A DNA stretch of 30,099 nucleotides, taken from positions 1 to 30,099 of the forward strand of contig CAVYBU010000029.1 of assembly GCA_963766735.1 (NCBI GenBank). The letters run 5' to 3'. This document shows positions 1 through 7,166 of the stretch, in pieces. The stretch comes from an uncultured Chloroflexia bacterium. Lineage in GTDB: Bacteria; Chloroflexota; Limnocylindria; Limnocylindrales; CSP1-4. Numbering within the stretch: the stretch's first letter is position 1; every line of letters begins with the position of its first letter. The notes under the pieces were generated by a model, which worked only from the letters and a program-made list of their open reading frames with translations, was not told where the DNA came from and did not search any database. The translations under genes were made by a program, and so were the position numbers.

Positions 1-1
1 C

Positions 2-223
2 GGGGCCCGGTGGCTCATCGTGGCCAAGTCCGACCACGGCGCCTGGCCGGCGATCCTCGACGGGTCGGAGCCGATGGCCAGGTGCTTCCGGGAGGTCCGG
101 CTGCCCGTCCCGGACGACCCGGCGGACGCAAAGGCCATCGAGGGCGTGCGTGTCTTCCGCATCGGCTGCGACGGCCTGGCCACGGGATCCGAGGCAGTCG
201 GCGCGGCGCTGCGCTCGCCGTAG
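2..223 (+). CDS. 3' end of a hypothetical protein (truncated by window edge)
   Basis: Frame 2 is open from the window start (GARWLIVAKSDHGAWPAILDG...) to TAG at 221-223, with GC-rich third positions; no recognisable motif. Confidence 0.55.
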   Translation, partial: GARWLIVAKSDHGAWPAILDGSEPMARCFREVRLPVPDDPADAKAIEGVRVFRIGCDGLATGSEAVGAALRSP

Positions 224-236
224 CCGCGGCACGGAC

Positions 237-242
237 TACACT
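237..242 (+). promoter_or_regulatory. Putative -10 element (TACACT) for a leaderless kinase transcript
   Basis: TAnnnT hexamer 7 nt before ATG 250; no Shine-Dalgarno sequence in between. Confidence 0.45.
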
Positions 243-249
243 CGGCACG

Positions 250-1347
250 ATGGATGGCCCCCGGAACGACGCGTCGAACACCCGGTTCGACAAGCTGCAC
301 GCCGAGGCGGCGGAGGCACTGACCTACGCCGCGAACACGCTGCGCGCCGTGCGGGACCGCTACCGGCAAGCGTACCTGGAGGACCTCGCCCGCTGGGAGG
401 CCCTGGCGGACGAGCTCGGCGCGCTTGAACACGGAGACGACGGTCGCCAGGGTCCGGCCGACCCTTCCAGCGACGGGAATGCGGCCCTGGCGGCGGAGTC
501 CGGCGCGGCAGACCGGCGGCTGCGCATGGTCCGGGGCGAGGTGGACCGCTCCCGGAAGGACCTTGCCGGCCACGAGGGCGAGCTGAGCCGGCTGGAGCTG
601 GCGATCCGCAACCTCGAGAGCACGTGGCTGTTCCTGGAGCGCGGGGACGCCTCGCTGATCACGGATCCGGCCCTGCCGGCCCTGCCCGCGGAACTCCGGA
701 TGCGGATCGTGGAGGCCCAGGAGGCCGAACGGTCGCGCATGGCCCAGGAGGTCCACGACGGGCCGGCCCAGGCGCTCTCGAGCGCGATCTTCCAGGTGGA
801 TTTCATCGAGCGGATCTTCGAAACGGACAGGCCGATGGCCCGCCAGGAGCTGCGGTTCCTGAGGGATCTGCTCCACCGGAATCTGGGTGACGTGCGCAGC
901 TTCATCGGCCATCTGCGCCCACCCCTGCTCGAGGAGCTGGGCCTGGACGGGTCCATCATGGACACGGTGGCCACGCAGGCCTCACTCTCTGGGCTGCACA
1001 TCGCGGCCGACCTGACTGCGCCCGCCGGCAGTCTGCCGGAGCCCGCCCAGACGGTCGTGCTGCGCGTGGTGCAGGAAGCGCTCCAGAATGTGCGCAAGCA
1101 CGCAGCTGCCGCGAACGTGGTGGTCACGACGGGGCTGGACGATGGACAATGGGTACTGGAGGTCCGGGACGATGGTCGCGGCTTCGACACCGGAGCTGTA
1201 GCGGCCCGTGGCCGCCGCAACTTCGGCCTCCAGTTCATGCGGGAGCGGGCCGAGCTGATCGGTGCGCGGTTTGAAGTGCGGTCGCGGACCGATGCCGGCA
1301 CGGTGGTCCGGCTGGCGATCCCGGTGACGCAAAAGGAGAGCGGATGA
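250..1347 (+). CDS. Cytoplasmic DegS-like sensor histidine kinase (coiled coil + HisKA_3 + HATPase_c)
   Basis: H-box ERSRMAQEVHDGPAQ (His codon 754-756), N-box QEALQNVRKHA, G1 DDGRGF, G2 FGLQFMRERA; helical charged N-terminus, no TM segment. Start moved from 10 to ATG 250 because 10-223 overlaps the upstream gene. Confidence 0.9.
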   Translation: MDGPRNDASNTRFDKLHAEAAEALTYAANTLRAVRDRYRQAYLEDLARWEALADELGALEHGDDGRQGPADPSSDGNAALAAESGAADRRLRMVRGEVDRSRKDLAGHEGELSRLELAIRNLESTWLFLERGDASLITDPALPALPAELRMRIVEAQEAERSRMAQEVHDGPAQALSSAIFQVDFIERIFETDRPMARQELRFLRDLLHRNLGDVRSFIGHLRPPLLEELGLDGSIMDTVATQASLSGLHIAADLTAPAGSLPEPAQTVVLRVVQEALQNVRKHAAAANVVVTTGLDDGQWVLEVRDDGRGFDTGAVAARGRRNFGLQFMRERAELIGARFEVRSRTDAGTVVRLAIPVTQKESG

Positions 1348-2084
1348 CCGAGTACGAGGGGCCTGAGCGCCGTCGATCCGGCCAGGAGCGGCGGACCGCT
1401 TATGAGCAGGTACAGATCCTGATCGTGGACGACCACGCGCTGTTCCGCGTGGGCATCCGCCAGATCCTGGAGCAGGAGGCCGATTTCGAGGTCGTCGCCG
1501 AGGCGGACGACGTGAGGACGGCCATCGACGCCGCGTTCGCCACCAACCCGGACATCATCCTGATGGACCTCTCGCTGCCCGCGCCCGGCGGCATCGAGAC
1601 CACGCAGCGTGTCAAGCGGGAGCTCCCCGCGGCCGCCATCGTGGTCATGGCCCAGGAGGAGGACGAGGATGCCCTGTTCGAATCGATCAAGGCCGGGGCG
1701 GCCGCGTTCATCCTGAAGGACATCGCCCCGGAAGACCTGGTGATGGTCATCCGCCGAGTGGTGGCGGGCGAGTACCTGATCAACGACAAGGTCTTCAGCA
1801 AGCCGGCCGTCGCCTCCCGCGTGCTCAAGGAGTTCCGGGAGCTGGCGGTCTATGGCCAGGAGGCCGCCCCCATCTTCGCGCCGCTCTCGCCGCGCGAGGT
1901 GGAGATCCTGGACAACATCGCCCAGGGCATGACCAACAAGCAGGTCGCCTACGCGCTCTCGATCAGCGAGCAGACGGTCAAGAACCACATGAGCTCCATC
2001 CTGCGCAAGCTCTCCGTCAACGACCGGACCCAGGCCGTGGTGTACGCGATGCGCCAGGGCTGGATCCGGATGCCGGAGGACTGA
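1344..2084 (+). CDS. NarL/DegU-family response regulator (REC + LuxR HTH)
   Basis: ILIVDDH, PDIILMD, AFILKD receiver motifs; LSPREVEIL...MTNKQVAYALSISEQTVKNHMSSILRKL LuxR HTH; ATGA overlap with the kinase. Confidence 0.93.
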   Translation: MTEYEGPERRRSGQERRTAYEQVQILIVDDHALFRVGIRQILEQEADFEVVAEADDVRTAIDAAFATNPDIILMDLSLPAPGGIETTQRVKRELPAAAIVVMAQEEDEDALFESIKAGAAAFILKDIAPEDLVMVIRRVVAGEYLINDKVFSKPAVASRVLKEFRELAVYGQEAAPIFAPLSPREVEILDNIAQGMTNKQVAYALSISEQTVKNHMSSILRKLSVNDRTQAVVYAMRQGWIRMPED

Positions 2085-2118
2085 TCCGCTCGCTGCGTCC
2101 CGGGGGGCTCCACGCCCG

Positions 2119-3297
2119 ATGACCACGCCCGAAACAGCGCCCGACGCCCCGGGATCCGCCCTTGAGGTCCAGCTGCACGCGGACCTGTCCACGCTCGACC
2201 GCGAGCTGGCCGAGATCGACATGCTCATCGGGCAGGCCAGGACGGAGGCCGTCCGGCACGAGCAGAGGCGGGCCCAGGCCGCCGAGCGGATCGGATCGGG
2301 CACGCAGGACGGGCCGGCCGGTTCGGGGGAAGCCTCGGACGCCTGGGCAAGCCTGGTGACGATGACCCGGCGTGCCGTGCTGATGGAGGCGCAGGCCGAC
2401 CTGCTCGACGGCAAGCGGAAGGCCGTGGCGCGTCACCGGGCTGCGGTCGCGGACGTGCTGGCGGCAATCGAGGAGCTGCCGGTGAAGCCCGCGGCGGGCG
2501 CGGCCGCGTCCGAGGACGGCGAGCAGGCCATGTCCCCGTCGATCTCGCGGGCGGTCCTCACGGCCCAGGAGGACCTCCGTCGAGACATCGCTCGCGCAAT
2601 GCACGACGGACCGGCGCAGTCGCTCACCAACATCGTCCTCCAGGTCCAGATCGTGGAGCGGTTCCTGGAGCGGGACCCGTCACAGGCCAGGAACGAGCTG
2701 CAGCTGCTGGTGTCGATGGTCCAGCAGACCCTGGACGCCACCAAGAGCTTCATCTTCGACGTCCGACCGATGGTGCTGGACGACCTGGGCCTGGTGCCCA
2801 CCCTCCGGCGCGCCGCCCGCGACCGCGGGCAGCGGGCGCACGTCCCCGTGCAGTTCGAGTCCATGGGCCAGGACCGGCGCCTGCCCATGGAGGTGGAGAG
2901 CGCGGTCTTCCGGATCCTGGACGAGGCGCTGGCCGCCTACCTGTCGCTCACACAGGAGAGGATCCTCCTGCGCCTGGACTGGACCGACACGCTGGAGGCC
3001 CGCCTCACCGCGCATCGCGCACCCGTGGACCCCACGGGTGACGCGCTGCCGGCCGTGCCGACCGGCGATGTCCCGGACGCCATCAAGCAGATGATCCAGG
3101 ACCGCCACGACGCACGCGCACTCGCGGACGCCGCGGCCGTGGAGGCAGCCATCATCGTGCTGCCGGCTCCCGTGCGCCGCGACATCGGCGAGCGTGCCGC
3201 ATCCATCGGGGCGACGGTCGAGGTCCTGGCGGGCGGCGGTGAGGTCCGCCTGGTGGTCCCACTGCCGCCGCCGGGTGAGGCAGGCGGCGAGGGATGA
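2119..3297 (+). CDS. DegS-like HisKA_3 protein with degenerate ATPase domain (probable pseudokinase / phosphotransferase)
   Basis: H-box RRDIARAMHDGPAQSL and RPMVLDDLGL are intact; N-box reads DEALAAY (no Asn), no DxGxG and no G2 box. Confidence 0.8.
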   Translation: MTTPETAPDAPGSALEVQLHADLSTLDRELAEIDMLIGQARTEAVRHEQRRAQAAERIGSGTQDGPAGSGEASDAWASLVTMTRRAVLMEAQADLLDGKRKAVARHRAAVADVLAAIEELPVKPAAGAAASEDGEQAMSPSISRAVLTAQEDLRRDIARAMHDGPAQSLTNIVLQVQIVERFLERDPSQARNELQLLVSMVQQTLDATKSFIFDVRPMVLDDLGLVPTLRRAARDRGQRAHVPVQFESMGQDRRLPMEVESAVFRILDEALAAYLSLTQERILLRLDWTDTLEARLTAHRAPVDPTGDALPAVPTGDVPDAIKQMIQDRHDARALADAAAVEAAIIVLPAPVRRDIGERAASIGATVEVLAGGGEVRLVVPLPPPGEAGGEG

Positions 3298-3458
3298 CGG
3301 AGCGGTCCGGGACCGGAGAGCCGGGACCCGGGATCCTGGAGACGTCTCTCGTGCTGGGGCTGGCGGTGCTGCTGGCGGCCACGATCCTCGTGTTCTTCGG
3401 CGGGCCCTTCGCAGACCTGATGGGCGTGATCGTGGACGCCGCCCATGGCGGACGCTGA
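3294..3458 (+). CDS. Divergent Flp pilin-like protein, 54 aa (not in ORF track)
   Basis: MTERSGTGEPGPGILETSLVLGLAVLLAATILVFFGGPFADLMGVIVDAAHGGR; ATGA overlap with upstream stop; aligns without gaps to GQGLAEYALILALIAIVAIIALIFLGG with G(-1) and E(+5). Confidence 0.7.
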   Translation: MTERSGTGEPGPGILETSLVLGLAVLLAATILVFFGGPFADLMGVIVDAAHGGR

Positions 3459-3482
3459 GCCCGGGCGAACCGGCCCGGCGGG

Positions 3483-3529
3483 ATAGGACCATCGTCCCAT
3501 TGGCGATGACGACGGGAAGCCTCTACTTT
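3483..3529 (+). promoter_or_regulatory. Putative pilin-1 promoter with imperfect palindromic operator
   Basis: ATAGGAC-CATC-GTCCCAT (3483-3500), GACGACGGG (3508-3516), TACTTT (3524-3529); the same layout recurs before pilin 3. Confidence 0.5.
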
Positions 3530-3585
3530 GCAGGTCGGCCCCCTTGCATCCTGGGCCGCGGCATTCATCTCGGGAGGTTTCGTCC

Positions 3586-3756
3586 ATGGCCCTCATCAAC
3601 GCGCTGCTCGCCTCGTTCCGCACGGACGAGGAGGGCCAGGGTCTCGCGGAGTACGCGCTGATCCTCGCGCTCATCGCCATCGTCGCGATCATCGCCCTGA
3701 TCTTCCTCGGCGGCCAGGTCTCGACGATCCTGTCGGACGTCGGCAACTCGATCTAG
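3586..3756 (+). CDS. flp: Flp family type IVc (Tad) pilin, copy 1
   Basis: MALINALLASFRTDEEG|QGLAEYALILALIAIVAIIALIFLGG..., Flp motif with E5/Y6; SD GGGAGG upstream of ATG 3586. Confidence 0.93.
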   Translation: MALINALLASFRTDEEGQGLAEYALILALIAIVAIIALIFLGGQVSTILSDVGNSI

Positions 3757-3776
3757 CGCGTCCGCTCTCCAGCGGA

Positions 3777-3805
3777 GAAGGCCGCCGGCTCGTCCGGCGG
3801 CCTTC
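3777..3805 (+). terminator. GC-rich hairpin after pilin 1
   Basis: GAAGGCCGCCGG-ctcgt-CCGGCGGCCTTC, perfect 12-bp stem; weak U-tail. Confidence 0.6.
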
Positions 3806-3896
3806 GTGCGTCCGGGCAACGGTTTTCCGGCCGGCGCCCCGCCCGCTTCCACGCTGCCGGGTGACCGTCGGCCCGCTCAGGTGCGGTCCAGAGGAG

Positions 3897-3925
3897 TTGA
3901 CACCCGCGGAGCGTCGGCATACCGT
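3897..3925 (+). promoter_or_regulatory. Sigma70-type promoter of pilin 2
   Basis: TTGACA (3897-3902), 17-nt spacer, TACCGT (3920-3925); strong SD AAAGGAGGT follows at 3963-3971. Confidence 0.7.
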
Positions 3926-3980
3926 CGGCATCGCCGCCGTCTCATCTGGCGGACTCTGACGGAAAGGAGGTACCACCCAC

Positions 3981-4151
3981 ATGACGCTTCTCAACGCACT
4001 CATCTCGCGCTTCTCGAGCGAGGAGGAGGGCCAGGGTCTCGCGGAGTACGCGCTGATCCTCGCGCTCATCGCCATCGTCGCCATCATCGCCCTGATCTTC
4101 CTCGGCGGCCAGGTCTCGACGATCCTGTCGGACGTCGGCAACTCGATCTAG
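3981..4151 (+). CDS. flp: Flp family pilin, copy 2, 56 aa (not in ORF track)
   Basis: MTLLNALISRFSSEEEG|QGLAEYALILALIAIVAIIALIFLGGQVSTILSDVGNSI; mature part identical to copy 1; SD AAAGGAGGT. Confidence 0.93.
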   Translation: MTLLNALISRFSSEEEGQGLAEYALILALIAIVAIIALIFLGGQVSTILSDVGNSI

Positions 4152-4174
4152 CTCCGACCCGCCAAGCGCACTGC

Positions 4175-4211
4175 CGCCGGCTGCCGTTCCTGGCAGCCGG
4201 CGTCGTGTTCT
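4175..4211 (+). terminator. Hairpin after pilin 2
   Basis: CGCCGGCTGCC-gttcct-GGCAGCCGGCG 11-bp stem followed by TCGTGTTCT. Confidence 0.6.
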
Positions 4212-4236
4212 CCGGCGGTTCCCCGGCGCACCGGGC

Positions 4237-4279
4237 GGACCATCGGAGGGGTTGCACGACGACGGGCAGGCGCTACCGT
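4237..4279 (+). promoter_or_regulatory. Putative pilin-3 promoter
   Basis: GGACCATCG (4237-4245), TTGCAC, GACGACGGG (4258-4266), TACCGT (4274-4279); parallels the pilin-1 upstream region. Confidence 0.5.
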
Positions 4280-4377
4280 AGGCAGACCTCCGGGGGCGGT
4301 ACGCGGGTATCTTCGCGCATCGCTGCATCAGGCACCCCGGACCGGGCAGCTTGCCCGAGAAGGAGGTGATCGCAGCC

Positions 4378-4557
4378 GTGCTGGCCATGTTCACGGCCCT
4401 GGCGGGTTCGATCGTCCGTCGCAACGACGAGGACGGTCAGGGACTCGCGGAGTACGCACTCATCCTGGCGCTCATCGCCATCGTCGCCATCGTCGCCCTG
4501 ATCTTCCTGGGAAGCCAGATCAGCGACAAGCTCAGCACAGTCGGGGACGCGCTCTAG
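4378..4557 (+). CDS. flp: Flp family pilin, copy 3
   Basis: ...RRNDEDG|QGLAEYALILALIAIVAIVALIFLGSQISDKLSTVGDAL; SD AGGAGGTGA at 4361-4369 favours GTG 4378 as start. Confidence 0.9.
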   Translation: MLAMFTALAGSIVRRNDEDGQGLAEYALILALIAIVAIVALIFLGSQISDKLSTVGDAL

Positions 4558-4579
4558 CGGCGTCCGGCACTCATTCGGC

Positions 4580-4615
4580 AGCCCGCCGGGTCATCCCGGC
4601 GGGCTTTCCATTTCC
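4580..4615 (+). terminator. Rho-independent terminator after pilin 3
   Basis: AGCCCGCCGGG-tcat-CCCGGCGGGCT 11-bp stem followed by TTCCATTTCC. Confidence 0.7.
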
Positions 4616-4800
4616 GCGGGGCACGCCGGCGAACTGGCGGCACGCGGGCCCCGGCGAGGCGTCCCTTGCAGGGCACCTTACGATGAACAGCGCATCCGCC
4701 CATTTCCTCCCAAGGGTCCTAGCCCTATTGGTTGGTCGTCGGGCGATTTCGCGGTGCTAGAGTGTTGCCACCTGTCACACGACCTCGGGGAGATACATCT

Positions 4801-5724
4801 TTGAAACGCTCGAATCGGTTGGTCCTGCTAATCGGATTCTTCCTCGCAATCGTTGCCTTCGTCCTCGTCTTCATGACGCTGCAAGGCGGTGGATCCACCA
4901 CCGGCAACCAGAACGATCCCGGCCTCAGGGAGGTCAACGTCGTCATCGCGGCGAAGGACATCCCGCTCGGCGCGAAGCTCACGTCGGACTCGGTGACGAC
5001 CAAGGTCTTCAAGGTCGCCGACAAGCCCACGGACAGCTACGGCGACCCGGTGGAGGTCGTCGGCCAGACGGCGCGCCAGCCCGTCACGAAGGATCAGCTC
5101 ATCACGAGCGCGATCCTCTACGGCTCCAGCCAGGGCATCACCAGCCTGACGGTGCCGGCGGGCAAGGTCGGCATCGCGGTCCAGGTGGACCAGGTGTCCG
5201 GCGTGGGCACGCTGACCAAGGCCGGCGACAACGTGGACATGCTGGTGGCACTCACCGGGGACAAGTTCCCGGTGGTGAGCGTCAACCCGGACGACCAGTC
5301 CATCACCGTCGTCTCGGGCATCAACTCCACCAGCGTCAAGCTCCTGCTCCAGGGCGCCCAGGTGATCGGGACCCTGCTCCCGCCGCCGCCGGCGGACACC
5401 GGCAACAACACCGAGGCTGAGGCGGGCACGGATGCCGGCGCGCCGACGAACCTCAACGGCCAGCAGCAGATCGTGATCCTCGCGGTCGACGCCCAGCAGG
5501 CCGAGATCGTCAAGTACGCCCAGCTCGACGGCAGCATCTCGCTGGTGCTGCGCAGCGCGGACGACTTCCGCGACCCGGTGACCGGTGAGCCGCTGGACCC
5601 GGAGCTGATCGTGCCGGTCCAGACGACGGGCGTCACGCTCCGGTCCCTCGTGGACAACAACGGCGTGCTGGTGCCGGAGCTGGTCGAGGCGATCCTTCCG
5701 GCGCAGGCGACGCCGGCGCCGTAA
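4801..5724 (+). CDS. cpaB: Flp pilus assembly protein CpaB/RcpC (SAF domain)
   Basis: N-terminal TM, VVIAAKDIPLGAKLT SAF motif, GVGTLTKAGDNVDML, C-terminal GSISLVLRS; TTG start with SD GGGAG and an extended -10 TGcTAGAGT at 4755-4763. Confidence 0.88.
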   Translation: MKRSNRLVLLIGFFLAIVAFVLVFMTLQGGGSTTGNQNDPGLREVNVVIAAKDIPLGAKLTSDSVTTKVFKVADKPTDSYGDPVEVVGQTARQPVTKDQLITSAILYGSSQGITSLTVPAGKVGIAVQVDQVSGVGTLTKAGDNVDMLVALTGDKFPVVSVNPDDQSITVVSGINSTSVKLLLQGAQVIGTLLPPPPADTGNNTEAEAGTDAGAPTNLNGQQQIVILAVDAQQAEIVKYAQLDGSISLVLRSADDFRDPVTGEPLDPELIVPVQTTGVTLRSLVDNNGVLVPELVEAILPAQATPAP

Positions 5725-5853
5725 CGCCGTGAGGGCCGGTGGCCCGCACGCCGCGCGAGCCGAGACGGGCCGGTTGACCCCGGCTCATCCCGGTCGCACC
5801 AATCCCGCACACCGCTGATACCAACCCAGGCCCCGAGGTCGGATCCACCACAT

Positions 5854-7119
5854 ATGGCAGACCAGATCCGCGTTCTCATCGTCGACGACATCCCGGAGAC
5901 CCGCGATCACCTCGCGAAGCTGCTTGGCTTCGAGTCGGACATCGAGGTCGTGGGAGCGGCGGCGTCCGGACGCGAGGCAATCGAGATGGCCAAGGGGCTG
6001 ACGCCCGACGTCGTCCTCATGGACATCAACATGCCGGACATGGACGGCATCACCGCCACAGAGCACCTGGCGGTCGAGGCCCCGACCACGGCCGTCGTGA
6101 TGATGTCCGTGCAGGGCGAGGCGGACTACCTCCGCCGGTCCATGCTGGCCGGCGCGCGCGAGTTCCTGGTCAAGCCCTTCTCCTCCGACGAGCTGACGTC
6201 GTCCATCCGGCACGTCTACACCCGCGAGCGAGACAAGCTCTCCCGGATCGCCCTCCAGCCCGCCGCTGCCGGCGCCCTCCCGGCCATGGCCCCCACCCCG
6301 CAAGCCCGCGCGGACAGCGAGCCCGGGCGCGTGGTGGCGGTCTTCGGTCCCAAGGGCGGCGTCGGCCGGACCACCCTCGCGGTGAACCTGGCTGTCGCCG
6401 CAGCCACCGAGCTGGGCCAGCGCACGTGTCTCGTGGATGCCTCGTTCCAGTTCGGCGACGTGGGCGTCCTGCTGAACCTCAACCCCAAGAACAAGTCCGT
6501 CGCGGACCTCATCCCGGAGCTGGAGAGCGGCGAAACCGAGTCGCTCGACACGTTCCTCATCAACCACTCCTCCGGGATCCGGGTCCTGCTGGCCCCGCCG
6601 TCACCGGAGATGGCAGAGCTCATCTCGCCGCATGGCGCCAAGCGCATGATCGAGGCGCTGCGCATGTCCCACGACCTGGTGGTCGTGGACTGCATGTCGT
6701 CGTTCAACGACACCACCCTCGCCATCCTGGATTTCGCCGACACCGTCCTCACGATGCTGTCGCTCGAGATCACGTCGATCAAGAACATCCGCCTCTTCCT
6801 GGAGGTGGCCGAGCAGCTCGGGTACGAGTCGGACAAGGTCCGGCTGGTCCTGAACCGTGCCGACTCGTCGCTGGGCATCCGCGTCGCCGACGTGGAGCAC
6901 TCGATCGGGCGGCGCGTGGATCACACGATCGTCTCGGACGGTCGGAGCGTCGTGTACGCCCTCAACCGGGGAGTACCGTTCTTCCTGTCAAACCGCGAGG
7001 CGCAGGTGTCCCAGGACGTCCTGCGGCTCGCGTCCGCCGTGGTGGGTTCCAGCACCGCGGCGGCCGGCGAGCCGGCCAAGAAGTCCGCGCAGAAGAAGTC
7101 GCTGTTCGCATGGCGATGA
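5854..7119 (+). CDS. cpaE: CpaE/TadZ-like protein: receiver domain + MinD/ParA-type ATPase
   Basis: REC motifs VLIVDD, VVLMDINMP, MMS, FLVKP; deviant Walker A GPKGGVGRTT; LVVVD; LVLNR; position between cpaB and cpaF. Confidence 0.88.
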   Translation: MADQIRVLIVDDIPETRDHLAKLLGFESDIEVVGAAASGREAIEMAKGLTPDVVLMDINMPDMDGITATEHLAVEAPTTAVVMMSVQGEADYLRRSMLAGAREFLVKPFSSDELTSSIRHVYTRERDKLSRIALQPAAAGALPAMAPTPQARADSEPGRVVAVFGPKGGVGRTTLAVNLAVAAATELGQRTCLVDASFQFGDVGVLLNLNPKNKSVADLIPELESGETESLDTFLINHSSGIRVLLAPPSPEMAELISPHGAKRMIEALRMSHDLVVVDCMSSFNDTTLAILDFADTVLTMLSLEITSIKNIRLFLEVAEQLGYESDKVRLVLNRADSSLGIRVADVEHSIGRRVDHTIVSDGRSVVYALNRGVPFFLSNREAQVSQDVLRLASAVVGSSTAAAGEPAKKSAQKKSLFAWR

Positions 7120-7166
7120 CGAAGCAGCGAGAGCAAGGGCCGTACACGGCCAAAGGGGTGTAGACG

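Noticed and set aside
10-249. 80-aa N-terminal extension of the kinase ORF
   Set aside because: Arg/Pro/Gly-rich off-frame composition, overlaps the upstream gene ending at 223; ATG 250 has a -10 element.
360-2414. 684-aa minus-strand ORF and other long antisense ORFs (8576-11134, 19449-21302, 23889-25433, 28354-29865)
   Set aside because: Shadow ORFs opposite well-supported genes, expected in high-GC DNA; no domain motifs.
3586-4557. Silent-cassette antigenic variation as in Neisseria pilS
   Set aside because: Each copy has a start codon, SD and candidate promoter, and copies 1 and 2 encode the same mature pilin, so there is no variant reservoir.
3459-4800. c-di-GMP or other riboswitch upstream of pilin genes
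   Set aside because: No recognisable aptamer consensus by eye; hairpins are explained as terminators. An Rfam scan would be needed to exclude it fully.
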